This document shows, piece by piece, positions 47,279 to 64,000 of a stretch of DNA of 64,000 nucleotides. Position numbers and translations under genes: made by a program. The first letter of the stretch is position 1. Every line of letters starts with the position of its first letter. This DNA comes from the human T2T-CHM13v2.0 reference genome, Homo sapiens: assembly GCF_009914755.1 (NCBI RefSeq), contig NC_060947.1, one strand, 5' to 3'. The notes below the pieces were generated by a model. It had not been told where the DNA came from and did no database searches. It saw only the letters and a list, made by a program, of their open reading frames with translations.

Positions 47279-47531
47279 CAGCGGTCTCACACCTTTTTGG
47301 CACCAGGGACCAGTTTTGGGGAAGACAATTTTTCCTCAGAAGGAGGAGCGTGGGGGCTTGAATCCGTTACACTTCAGATCATCAGGCATTATTAGTTAGA
47401 TTCTCACAAGGAGCGTGCCATCTAGATCCTTCGCATGCGCAGTTCACAATAGGGTTCCTACTCCTATGGGAATCTAATGCTGCAGCTGATCTGACAGGAT
47501 CCATTGGTGGCCTGTGGGTTGGGGTCCCCTG
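47279..47531. mobile_element. MER1B-like hAT-Charlie MITE
   Basis: cagcggtctcacacctttttggcaccagggacc ... ctagatccttcgcatgcgcagttcacaatagg ... gttggggtcccctg. 8-bp TSD ctctagga/gtctagga. Confidence 0.88.
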
Positions 47532-48739
47532 GTCTAGGAGAATAAAATAATAGGTAACCTATATTAGGATAAACAATCCAGTTTGTTCTTGTGATATTTA
47601 TAATATCTACTGTAAAACTCAGGCTTTGTAACAGAAATAGCATGGCCATCAAATTTTCTTTTAAAAAGAGAAAATGAATCCTACTAACAATTTTCTTGTT
47701 CAATTAAAAGTAATGATACTATTTCATTTTCACAAAGAAATTATCTATTGAGATATTCATGATCAGATATATCATAGGACACATATGTTTGTCATAGCAC
47801 TTACCAGAAGAGAGATGACTGGGATCTCAAATCTTAAAATCTTCAGGTTCCATCATGCCGCTTGCTCCTGTAGGAGGCTCCTAAGGTGTATATATTTCAC
47901 AGAGGATACACTGGACAAGCGCACACTGCATTCTAGCTAGAGCTGTGGCCTTAAATCTCTATATAGCCTCAGGTTAAATTGAGCTGGACCACTTGTGAAT
48001 GAAGATGGCTCTTTATATACCCAACCTCTATCCTAGACTATGACCCAGACTAGAGGTAAGAAGAGTGACTTCTTGGCCTTTTTTCTCAGGATCACTCCAC
48101 AGTCTTGACCCTTCTCTTCCTTCCACCCTCAGGTCTTACCCAGATAGTGAGAAGATGGACAAACAGAAAATCTTCCATGAAAAACCTAGAATAGAACTTT
48201 CCTAAAACTGCCTCCTGTGCCCTAGACACTAACCTTAAGTACACTTGGTTTTACCAAAAAAAGGAGTACGAGTGGGCTGCCAACATGGAGGAGGCTCATA
48301 TCACACCTCTCATATAAGAGCACACCTGAAGCTTGAACTTTTACTTCTTTGTTTCTCACACCTAAAACTCTAGCTCTTGAGAATTATGTGTTCTTTACCC
48401 TCATTAGAGAGTTGTTCCTTCTACAAGATGGAGTTGTTGAAGGAATATTGGACCTTTCCCAGCAGTTAGAATATGCCACTAATCATAATTAAGACTAAAA
48501 GTGAAGAATAATTAAACATCTTGTGTTGGAGTTATTCTTAATTCAGGGTCACAAAATCTAATACTTCACTGACCCGGTACATATAAAGTAGCAGGAACTG
48601 ATATTTTTTTTAATTCTATGTACACTTCCATTACCTAGCTGTTTATTGTATAATAAGCAATTTATTTTCTCTGTATAGGAATATACACATTATGGTTCAT
48701 ATTTGGAAAAAATAGCAATTGCTAATTGTTCCAGCTTTT

Positions 48740-48880
48740 AAAATTTTTTTTTTTGTATTTTGTAGAGACAAGGATCTTGCTATGTTGCCCAGCTTGCTCT
48801 CAAACTCTTAGCCTCAAGCAATCCTCCACTTTGACCTCCCAAAGTGCTGAGATTACAGGAATGAGCCACCATGCCCAGCC
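48740..48880 (-). mobile_element. FLAM_C / Alu left monomer
   Basis: Single reverse monomer. Diverged TSD tgttccagctttt / tggtctagctttt. Confidence 0.85.
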
Positions 48881-49244
48881 TGGTCTAGCTTTTGAAGAAC
48901 TAGTACTGCAGCCAGTCTCTACTATGCAGTTATTTATTTGTTCACTATTAATATCAACACACATTTACTGAGCATTGACATAGTTGTGCATGGCTTCAAA
49001 ATTGGCTTCTACCTTCTAAAACAATCTAGTATTCAAGATAAACACATTACATAAACAACTTATAAATAATAAAGACTATGATAAATACTATAAGAGATAT
49101 AGAAAGGATACAAAATATATGTTAGAAAGAAGAGCTATTATTCTGAGAGAAGGAATTTTTATATGGAAGAGGTAGGATTTAAAGAGAGGCTTAAAATACA
49201 CATAGGATTTCTCAATAGCTGAATTTCACAAATATAGTCTAAAC

Positions 49245-49434
49245 CAGTAATTAACATATGTGGTTCAAGGACAAGCAACATCAGCATTACCTGGGAACTT
49301 GTTAGAACTGCGACTTATTAGAACCCGCCCAAGATGTAATGAATCATAAACTCTAGGGATGAGGCCTGACAATCTGTGATTTATCAACTTTCCACGTGAT
49401 TCTGATGCGTGCTGGAGTTTGAAGGCCACCACTG
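49245..49434. mobile_element. MER5A hAT MITE
   Basis: catcagcattacctgggaacttgttaga ... gtgattctgatgc ... caccactg. 8-bp TSD gtctaaac/gtctaatc. Confidence 0.85.
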
Positions 49435-49934
49435 GTCTAATCAGTCAATAAGCATATATTTATTGATTGACTTATGTGCAAGGCACTGAATAGACATTTC
49501 GGGAATGGAAATAATTATAGACACAGTTCTTATTATTCAAAACATTTCACTAACATTAGGATAGTAATCTTACCAGACATACTATAAAAGAAACCTAAAA
49601 ACACAAAGTCACAAGGCCCAAGGGACTTGGGTCAAGTACCAAAGTCCAACATGACATGGTGGCAGGTAGAGATTACAGAAACTTCCCACCTAAGGGGAGA
49701 GTTCCAGGGTATTCAAAGGGGGATTTTACTAATTTACAACCCTTCCCCTTTGTCAACATGGACATTATCATTGCTTTGGCCCAGATGGCAATCAGTTTTG
49801 AGAAATCAGAAAAGAAAATAGATCAGGGAGCCAGAAACAACGAAGAATAGAGCTGAGGAATCAGAATAAAAGCCAGTTCAGAAGCCAGGATTCAGGGAAC
49901 AGTAAAACAAACACAAACGGCCACTTTATTTTTC

Positions 49935-51305
49935 CTCCTGTGAGTTTGTTGAGCTTCCCAGATACATGCATTTGTAGTTTTTATCAAATTTGAAAAGCAT
50001 TTGGCCATTCTTTTTTCAAATATGTTTTCTTCCATCTTCAGTCTTTCAGGACTCCACTTACAAGTATGTTAGACTGCTTGATATGGTGATTACTTGATAT
50101 AGTCACTGAGGCATCTTTTGCTTTTTTAAGGGTTTATTTTCCACTCTATGCTTCAATTTGCATAGTTTTACTGCTATGTCTTCAAGTTCATTAATCTTTT
50201 CTTCTGCCATGTCTATGTTGTTAATTCCATCCAATGTAATTTTCATTTCAAACATTATATATTTCATCACAACAACACTTCCATTAGGTCTCTTGCACCT
50301 ATCATTTCTCTTCTCATTCTGCTCATAGCTTTTTTAAACCTCCTTACATGTATGGAATATGTATACCATAGCAGTTTTAATGTCCTCATTAATTTAATAA
50401 GAATAACTCCAACAAGAAGTGTCCAATTATTTTTCATTTTTATTCTTAATTATTTAATGTTCTACTTACATAATGTTTAGAAATTCCATCATCTCTCATT
50501 TCAGGGCCTGTTTTCTTCTGCTTATGGGTCACATTTTTTTGCTCCTTCTTATGTCAAGTAATTATTTTACTGGATGGCGGACATTATGAATTTTATGGTG
50601 TAGAAGGCTGAATTTTATAGTATTCCTTTAAAGAGCATAGGACTTTATTCTGGCAGGCAGTTAAGTAAGACAAAAATCATCTTTGCTTTTGAGGCTTGTT
50701 TTTAAGCATTTTTTTAGCCCCAATACTAAAGTATGATCTTCTGGGATCTCTGCTGAATGCCCTGGATATTCAACAGTGTCTCTCTCTTCTGGCCAGCAGG
50801 AGCCAAAATGATTCCCAGCCCTGTATGAACTCTTGAAACTATTTGGCTTACAGCTTCCTGGTAATTATTCTTTTCCTAAGTTGTTCTTTGCCCAACCTGA
50901 TGGATTTTCACTCGACATATGCACAGATTGGTTTCAGCCAAAGACTTGAGACTCCTGTGTAGATTTCCGGAGCCATTTCTCTATGTAGCTTCCTCCTATC
51001 CAGTATTCTGCCTCACAAATTCTAGTTGCACTGGCCTCCTGTAATCCTGATCTCTATCTCCTCATTTTAGTGAGATTCCGTTTTCCTGTGCCACTGTCAC
51101 AAAAGTGTTTCCACCAGAAATTTAAGGTGGTTGTAGGTCTCCCCTCATTTACTTTCCTCCTCTCAGGGATCAAAAGCCTGTACAGCCTACAGTCCAATAT
51201 CTGAAAAGTGTTGTTTCATATATTTTGCGCATCTTTCTAGTTGTTTATGAAAGGAAGGCAAGTCCCATAGTAGATATTTTTCGTGGGTGGAAGCTGAAGT
51301 CCCCA
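49935..51305 (-). mobile_element. Old L1M 5'/ORF1-region remnant
   Basis: gtttgttgagcttccc ... tcaaatttgaaaagcatttggccatt ... ctatgtcttcaagttca ... ggcaggcagttaagt ... cacaaattctagttg. Confidence 0.65.
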
Positions 51306-52883
51306 AAATGCCCACTGCAAAAACATGCAAGAAAAATATAGCCACAGACATATGGGCCTTAAGGATGGGAAGCTGAGAGAGTTGTACTGATATACATTTG
51401 GTAAACATATTTTGGAGTAGATAGTTGTTTTCTACTGAACGCTGGTTAGTTTTAAAGATGTCCTGGCTCCAAGTGACTGAGCATTCTATATGCACTGACA
51501 TTAATAAATAATTGTTGTAGACATTAAGTGCTTCTGAAGGAATGCCTAATTTATTCTCCTTATTAACAAGTCAGATAAAATGCAACATTTGCATTATCTT
51601 GTAGACTTGTCTGCTCTTTATGAGAGGAAACTTTTTATTATAAAAGTAATATATGCTTATTATTAAAAAAACTCAAACAAGACAGAAATATATAGAACAG
51701 AGTAGAATTAAATCACTCCACTCTATCTCATTCACTGTTAGGAGTTTGGTATATATCTCTCTAGCTAACTATATATCTATTTCTCATCTATCACAAAAAT
51801 GGATTTCTCTATCATTTACTGTCCAGTCCCATTGAAGAACCAGTAATAAGGCTTTCCCTACTATATCACGATCATCCTCTGTTTTGGGGTCTTACAAGAG
51901 TCTTGGGCTATTGCCAAGGAAAAGCATTCACAAGTAGTTTAGATGGGATCCAGAAAACCTCAGTGCCTGCTTCTACTGGATGAGGATCAGTGAGGACTGC
52001 AGGCAGATCTTAAAGCAAAATTTTGTCTCATAGATAAAAAATGACATAGTTATGGTCCTTAGCATAGCCATTTACTCTCTTGACTAATAATGAATTTTTG
52101 CTGGTATCAATTCAGCTTTAATTTGGCACCCTACAGTGGTATCAATAGAGTAGTTGGTGTCCCTCAATACCGCTTCCCTCCTGTCATCCATATTCCTCTA
52201 CATCTAGTCTTTCTGTGTCTAGCTTATAACCACCTCCAAGGACGTGTCCTTTGCCCCCTTCCCTGCACACACACCTATACTTCCTCCTGCCCAGGTGACT
52301 TTAATCTAATCTCTTCTCAGGACCAGGGATAGAGTGAGTAGACAGGGTTTTTTCTCCTTTTATTTTCCTTTCAAACTTTATATTGTCATGAACTCTATGT
52401 TCTGCTTTCCAGAGGGCCTTCCATTTTGTTTTTCTATAGCCTTGTCTATAGAAAATGTAATAAAACAAAGAGTGTAATAAAATAAAAACAAAATGTAATA
52501 AAACAAAGTGTATATTAACTCTTTTCCTTTGAATTCTTGCAGTAACTATGCCAATTTATCTCCAAAGCCATGCAAGTGGATTTGACTGACTAGGGAAAGG
52601 GTCAGTAAGTTCAGGAAGTGAAAGAAAAGAAGAAAAAGCACAAAGATGACATTCAAGGTTATATTCTGAATCCTTACAAGCCACTACATATAGAAATCCT
52701 TCAGGTTATTATGATATTATTACACCATATAAATCACCATAATATAGTTGACCAGTCTCTTAATGATGCACACAATGAAAGAAAACTACATTGTATGTGC
52801 TCAAACTTTTCTGTTTATTAATGTAGGAAAAATTCCTGAAAGTGGAAATGCTGGATCAAAAGGTATGTAAGAATAATTTAGGT

Positions 52884-53908
52884 TTCAGTTCCAAGATGGC
52901 CGAATAGGAACAGCTCCAGTCTACAGCTCCCAGCGTGAGCGACGCAGAAGACAGGTGATTTCTGCATTTCCAGCTGAGGTACTGGGTACATTTCACTGGG
53001 GCTTGTCAGACAGTGGGTGCAAGACAGTGGGTGCAGCGTACCGAGCATGAGCCAAAGCAGGGCGAGGCATCACCTCACCCAGGAAGTGCAAGGGGTCAGG
53101 TAATTCCCTTTCCTAGCCAAGGGAAGGAGTGACAGACGGCACCTGGAAAATCGGGTCACTCCCACCCTAATACTGCGCTTTTCCAATGGTCTTAGCAAAC
53201 CGCACACAAGGAGGTTATATCCAGTGCCTGGCTCGGAGGGTCCCACGCCCATGGAGCTTCACTCATTGCTAGCACGGCAGTCAGAGATCAAACTGCAAGG
53301 CAGCAGCGAGGCTGGGGGATGGGCGCCCGCCATTGCTGAGGCTTGAGTAGGTAAACAACGAGGCCAGGAAGCTTGAACTGGGTGGAGCCCACCACACCTC
53401 AAGGAGGCCTGCCTGCCTCTGTAGACTCCACCTCTGGGGACAGGGCATAGCTGAACAAAAGGCAGCAGCAACCTCTGCAGACTTAAATGTCCCTGTCTGA
53501 CAGCTTTGAAGAGAGTAGTGGTTCCCCCAGCACGCAGCTTGAGATCTGAGAACGGACAGACTGCCTCCTCAAGTGGGTCCCTGACCCCTGAGTAGCCTAA
53601 CTGGGAGGTACCCCCTAGCAGGGGCAGACTGACACCCCACATGGCCAGGTACCCCTCTGAGACAAAGCTTCCAGAGGAATGATCACGCAGCAACATTTGA
53701 TGTTCAGCAATATTTGCTGTTCTGCAGCCTCCGCTGCTAATACCCAGGCAAACAGGTTCTGCAGTGGACCTCCAGCAAACTCCAACAGACTTGCAGCTGA
53801 GGGTCCTGACTGTTAGAAGGAAAACTAACAAACAGAAAGGACATCCACACCAAAACCCCATCTGTACATTACCATCATCAAAGACCAAAGGTAGATAAAA
53901 CCACAAAG
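52884..53908 (+). promoter_or_regulatory. L1 5'UTR internal sense/antisense promoter remnant
   Basis: YY1 motif caagatggcc at 52892-52901. Retains the 129-bp ZNF93-bound segment (ctgcagcctccgctgct near 53722-53738). Many CpGs have decayed. Confidence 0.6.
53070..53333 (-). pseudogene. L1 ORF0 homolog with one premature stop
   Basis: MAGAHPPASLLPCSLISDCRASNE* then in-frame ..MGVGPSEPGTGYNLLV..IRVGVTRFSRC, resembling primate L1 ORF0. Confidence 0.75.
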
Positions 53909-54930
53909 ATGGGGAAAAAACAGAGCAGAAAAGCAAAAATTCTAAAAATCAGAGCACCTCTCCCCCTCCAAAGGAATGCAGCTCCTTGCCAGAAAAGGAA
54001 CAAAGCTGGACAGAGAATGACTTCGGTTGAGTTGAGAGAAGATGGCTTCAGAGGATTAAACTTCTCCGAGCTAAAGGAGGAACTTCAAACCCATCGCAAA
54101 GAAGGTAAAAACCTTGAAAAAAAGATTAGACGAATGCCTAACTTTCTAGTGTTAGTGTTAACCAGTGTAGAGAAGTCCTTAATGACCTGCTGGAGCTGAA
54201 AGCCATGGCACAAGAACTACATGACGAATGCACAAGCCTCAGTAGCCGACTCGATCAACTGGAAGAAAGGGTATCAGTGATTGAAGATCAAATTAATGAA
54301 ATGAAGTGAGAAGAGAAGTTTTGAGAAAAAAGGGTAAAAAGAAATGAACAAAGCCTCCAAGAAATATGGGACTATGTGAAAAGACCAAGTCTATGTCTGA
54401 TTGGTGTACCTCAAAGTGATGGGGAGAACGGAACCAAGATGGAAAACACTCTGCAGGATATTATCCAGGAGAACTTCCCCAACCTAGCAAGGCAGGCCAA
54501 CATTCAAATTCAGGAAATAGAGAATGCCACAAAGATACTCCTTGAGAAGAGCAATTCCAAGACACATGTCAGATTCACCAAAGTTGAAATGAAGGAAAAA
54601 ATGTTAAGGGCAGCCAGAGAGAAAGGTCAGGTTACCCACAAAGGGAAGTCCATCAGACTAACAGCTGATCTCTCAGCAGAAACTCTACAAGCCAGAAGAG
54701 AGTGGGGGGAAATATTCAACATTCTTAAAGAAAAGAATTTTCAACTTAGAATTTCATATCCAGCCAAACTAAGCTTCATAAGTGAAGGAGAAATAAAAAC
54801 CTTTACAGACAAGCAAATGCTGAGAGATTTCGTCACCACCAGGCCTGCCCTAAAAGAGCTCCTGAAGGAAGCACTAAACATGGAAAGGAACAACTGGTAC
54901 CAGCCACTGCAAAAACATGCCAAATTGTAA
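53909..54930 (+). pseudogene. Disrupted L1 ORF1p
   Basis: MGKKQSRK start and ...YQPLQKHAKL end, with multiple frameshifts and stops. Confidence 0.92.
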
Positions 54931-54978
54931 AGACCATCAAGGCTAGGAATAAACTGCATCAACTAACAAGCAAAATAA

Positions 54979-58820
<3,842 letters not shown>

Positions 58821-59358
58821 ACAATGAGAACACATGGACACAGGAAGGGGAACATCACACACTAGGGCCTGTCGTGGGGTGGGGGGAGGGGGGAGGGATA
58901 GCACTGGGAGATACACCTAATGTAAATGACGAGTTAATGGGTGCAGCACACCAATATGGCACATGTATACATGTGTAACAAACCTGCACGTTGTGCACAT
59001 GTACCCTAGAACTTAAAGCATTAAAAAAAAGAAAATATCAAATTGTCTTCCAGAAAGATTGTACCAATATACACTTTTATAAATAGCATATGAGATTATT
59101 AGCTCTCCATATTAACATTTGCATCAATATTTGACAGTCTAATAGTATAAAATACCTAATTTTTTAAAATTATGTTTTTGTGATGAACAAGATGAAGAAA
59201 TTTCTGTATTTGTAGGAGCTGCTTGTACTTCTTCTACGAATTATCTGTTCATATCGTCTGTGCATATCTGATTTGGCTGTTATTCTTTTACTTGTTGATA
59301 TATAGCAGCTCTACATGCATACCAACATTAACTCTCTAGATGTCATACATTGCCTATA

Positions 59359-59807
59359 CAGTTGACTCTTGAGTAACATGGATTTGAACTGGGACCACGT
59401 TGAACATGTTTGAACTAGCAGATTTTCTTTTGCCTCTGCCATTTCTGAGACAGTAAGACCAACCCTTCTTCCTACCCCTCCTCATCCTACTCAAAGCGAT
59501 GATGATGAAGATGAAGACCTTGATGATGATCCACTTCTACTTAATGAATAGTACATATATTTTCTCTTCCTTGTGATTTTCGTAATAACATTTTCTTTTC
59601 TCTAGCTTACTTTATTGTAAGAGTACAGTGTATAATGCATATAATATACAAAAGGTGTGTTAATCGGCTGTTTATGTTATTGGTAAGGTTTCTGGTCAAC
59701 AATAGGCTATTAGTAGTTAAGTTTTGGGGGCATCAAAGTTATCTATGGATTTTTGGCTGTGCGGGGCATCAGTTCCCCTGACCCCCATGTTGTTCAAGGG
59801 TCAGCTA
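59359..59807. mobile_element. Tigger2a (MER28)-like TcMar DNA transposon
   Basis: TIRs cagttgactcttgagtaacatg ... catgttgttcaagggtcagcta after a TA. Internal gatgaagacct..tgatgatccacttc. Confidence 0.88.
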
Positions 59808-59883
59808 CATATTGTAAATATTTTTTCTAGTTTGACATTTGTATTTTAGCATTATTTACAAAGTCTTTATGCAATGCAAAGGT

Positions 59884-60600
59884 TAATTCATTCAACAAAC
59901 ATTTATATTGAGAAGCTACTATGTGGCAGCCAGTAGTGTGAGTTGTAGGGACATAGTGGTGAGCAAGACAGACAAGGTCCCTGCACTCAGAGAGTTTACA
60001 TTCTAATGGAGACGTAGAAAAATAAACAAGCAAACAAAAGATGTACAGACTGTAGTTGTATGATAATAAAAATAGACAGTGGCAAAGAGTAAATGGGAGA
60101 GAATGACCAGTTAAGGTCTTACTGAGGAGATGACATGTGAGGTTAGACCTGACAGATGAAAGTGAGACAAGAAATAAAAGCACATAGGCAGTGGAGGAGG
60201 TTGCTGGGTTAAGGGAAAGTTATGGTGGGGAAACAGTAAACCAAAGGACCAAAGGCAGGAAAACGTTTGATGTGTTCAAGGACAAAATGAAAAGCATGGA
60301 TACTAGAACTTAATAAGAAACAGACAAAATGATACGAATGAGGTTGAAGGAAGGGTAGGTGCCAGATAATGCACGATTTTATTTTATTCTAAGAGCAACA
60401 GAGAGCCACTGAAATGTTTTAGGTATGGAGTGGTATGGCTTGATTTATGTTCTTAAAGCTCACTTTTTCAGCTATACAAAGAAAAAATTAGAAAGGAGAA
60501 AGAGAAAGAGTACGAACAGAAAGAAGAGTTAGGCAACTATTTCAGGATACTAGGCGAGATATTATAGTGGCTTAGATAATGGTGGTAGCCATGACGAGAA
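59884..60600 (-). mobile_element. L2 remnant
   Basis: ttcattcaacaaacatttatattgag ... ggtgagcaagacagacaaggtccctgc ... ttttattctaagagcaa. Confidence 0.8.
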
Positions 60601-60771
60601 AATAAAGTGGGAAGGGAAGTTTTCAGGCAATCCAATCTGCTCTTCTATCTTTTCCTGCCACACATAATATAACTTCATTTTCATCTATTCTCTCATCCTT
60701 TCTAGTATCAAGGAATGTCTCTTCTGTAAAACAAACTTCTCAGGAAACAGCAAGAATCATCTATTCATTAA

Positions 60772-61135
<364 letters not shown>

Positions 61136-61559
61136 TTGTGCAAATTTCTGTGAAAGCGTTCGACACATTATGTTTTACATATGTTCACTTGGCTTTCTGT
61201 TAGTCCATAGCCTTCGTGAGGTAAGTGATTATGTCTTATTCATCTACAAAACACAGTGCCTGACTCAGTATATGTCATGTAGTAAGTACTTAATTATTAA
61301 TTATTCTTGAATTGAAGGAATGAGTATTAAATTTTACCTAAAGCATCTATGGAGATACTCATTTATCTTCATCTATTGATGTTATATATAAATAGCTTGT
61401 CTGGGAAATTGCTCTGTATTTCTGAAATAAGCCCAATATAGTTATGATAGATTATTTCCAGTAATATCAAATTTAATCTACTTATATTTTTCATCTATAT
61501 TTATAAGTAAATTTGGTGTATCTTGTTAACATTTTGTCACCAGGGTTATGCTGACTGTA

Positions 61560-62065
61560 ACATATATTGAGTAGGTATACAGACAGGGTTCTTAATTTCA
61601 AGCAGCAGGAAATGATTGTGGTTAATGTAAACAAAGATGGAGTTTATTGGAAGAATGACAGATATTTCATAGAATTCATAGAAAGATCAAAGACCTAGGA
61701 TCAGTATGAATGCAAGAACCACAGGAGGATAGGGCTCAGCACTACAGCCTACCTCATGCCATTGAAACCCTCTGTTGAGTACACTACTGGAATTGCTACC
61801 GTTAGATACTTGATATTGCAGTCAACATCCATGGTAAGGAAGTCTTCCCCATTCCTGCTTCTTTATTTTAGATTCCAAGCTCCTGATCAGAGAATCTGAT
61901 AAATTTCGCCTAGGTCATGGACCTAGGCTTGGAGGCAGAGATAACGAGTATCTGGCCTTTTTAGATCCTGTAGTGGAAGCCAAGCCCTGCCTTCTCTCCA
62001 TACTCATACTCTGAGGAAATCCTCAAACATAAAAAGGAGGTTCTCATGCTGGACAGCCACAAAAC
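61560..62065 (-). mobile_element. Old MaLR LTR (MLT1K/L/N-like)
   Basis: cagggttcttaatttcaagcagcagga ... gagtttattggaaga ... gagaatctgat ... cctaggtcatggacct. Confidence 0.5.
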
Positions 62066-62249
62066 ATACTCAAGAAACTCTTCCAAAAATGGCAAACAAA
62101 AACTGAAGTCCACTTCAGGAGATTATAATCGTTTTGATGATCTTGACTAGACTACATTGTGTGGGAATTTGTCTGTAAACTTGCAAAGAGAATTTCCTGG
62201 GAAAAATTCTTCTGTACTTATGATTTAGTTTAGTCTATGGTTATAGCTC

Positions 62250-62730
62250 TTCTCATGTTGTCTATAATGTTTTCTTATAAATTATTTTCTAAATGTACTA
62301 AAATAAAATACAAGGACACAATATGAAATGCCAACCATTTAGATATATAGAGAGTAAAAAAGTGACAGTTTCTTAGACTTTTCCTGACTTCTAGCAACCA
62401 TTTCTCTATGTAGTTACATAGAGAATATGTGTATACATCCACTAAATATATTTTGTATTTACAAAAATAGCATTACCTCAGGCTAGAGAATGGAAGATGA
62501 AAAAAATAGCATTATCTTAAACATTTTACTCTGATTTCACCTAATTAGAAAGCAAAGTCACCTTTCTATGTTATTATGGAGACAACACATTTTTAAGGGC
62601 TTTATTATAGTCTATTGTATGGGTTATAATACACTTAGCCAATAGTGTCTTGATGGACACTTAGATTTCCAATTTCCTGACATTACATACTATAATGCAA
62701 TGAATATTCCTGTACTCATATTTCCGTGTT
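62250..62730 (-). mobile_element. Old L1ME 3' remnant
   Basis: atagtctattgtatggg ... ttgatggacacttagatttccaattt ... aatgcaatgaatattcctgtac. Confidence 0.55.
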
Positions 62731-64000
62731 CTTAATCTACTCGATAATTAGAGGCTGTGATGGTATGTTAAGTTTTACAATTCTATTTCTGTCCATTTCT
62801 CTTTTATTTTTAACATCATCATCATATGCTGAATGAATTTTGATGTTACCTTTTAGTGCATAAATTGCATGACTAAAATATCTTCATTGTTTGTTTTTAA
62901 TCAGTATAAACTTATTTTGCCCCATTAAATTTTTGTTCTTAAATTATACTTTATCTGACACCAGTATTGACATCAGTCTTAATTTTGAATGTGATCGTCA
63001 TATGTATATTCAGTCATCCATTTATTTTTGTCATTTCTAGATGGTCAAGCTTTAGGAATATCTCCAACACATGTTTGGATGGGCCATCCCCTTGGTTCTG
63101 TATGAGAATTCTCCTCCTCCATCATCTTGTTTCCCTTTGCATTGAAAGGAAAGATCAGGTGAGTATAACAGCACCCTTCTCAAAAGAAATCTGTAAGGAG
63201 TAGACATGTCACTTCTCAATATTTAGATATGCCAAAATAAAAGATTTTAAAAATCAGTTGGCCAAATAATTGGAAGAAATAACAGTAACATAGATTGAAT
63301 CTAATCGGGCTTGGTGCTTTAATAATTCCTTTCCTTCCCACAGGTGAGGTCACAGATGCCTCACAAAAGGCTACTGCTTCTATATTGTAACACATAAAGG
63401 TAATATTTCCTGGAATTATCCTCCTATCCGATGTCTCAGAATGGTTCTTCCATCTTGGCAGCCTTCTGATTGCAGTCATATTGCTTAACTCCTGCTTTTT
63501 ACCTCTTTTCCCTGCTCTTTTGACGAGGCTCTTTATATGAATTCTTCAGTTCTTCAAACCAGCTTTGTTACCATGGCTCCAGGATTTGCAGGCCATAGGC
63601 TAGACCTACCCTTGCCCCATGCCAAGCCACAGCTTAAAGGAGGCTCCTTGGATCTATGATCTTCAGCATAAAGATTATCCAAGGTAGCAAAAATTCTGAA
63701 GTTTATATATGTATGCAAGAGATTTGAAAAAGGAAATAACTATTTGTCTCTCCTGCTTTCTGATCCAGGCAGGACTAATACTAACTATGCCACTAGACTA
63801 GAATACAAAAATGGCTCCTCTACCCACTTGGGACCTAGAACATACGAAGGTTCATATTTAGCCATTATTCAGTACTATTCCTAAACTTCTCCATCATCTG
63901 GATGCTATTTTATAATTTGTGAGCATTTTTGGCTCCTTTGATAGGCTGAAAGTGCCTGCGTCATATCCCTCTTTCTATTCCTTATGTGACCTAGTAGTGT

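Overview
AT-rich, CpG-depleted primate (hominoid-like, probably human) DNA that looks intronic or intergenic. I could not confidently identify any cellular protein-coding gene. Nearly all ORFs in the track come from Alu, L1 or microsatellite sequence, or are chance ORFs. The window holds about 14 Alu/FLAM copies, two large same-strand L1PA elements (5.5 kb, 5'-truncated, at 39879-45355; about 6.15 kb, full-length, at about 52884-59030; both dead), shorter L1PA/L1PB/L1M pieces, MaLR LTRs, hAT and Tigger DNA-transposon fossils, and many L2/MIR remnants. Most notable observations: (1) the two large L1s appear to be independent insertions of different subfamily type yet share more than a dozen apparently private substitutions, including identical premature stops, which points to repeated patchy gene conversion or an assembly artefact; (2) a 234-nt polyA-tailed, TSD-flanked insert at 19061-19311 that is not a recognisable Alu or L1; (3) an L1 with a 13-nt 3' transduction tag; (4) two AG|GT recursive-splice-like sites with short downstream exons; (5) a 41-bp locally templated copy and a 36-bp-arm perfect palindrome. 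Repeat subfamily names come from my memory of consensus sequences, not from a RepeatMasker run. Boundaries of old repeats are approximate. I see no evidence of a new multi-gene system.
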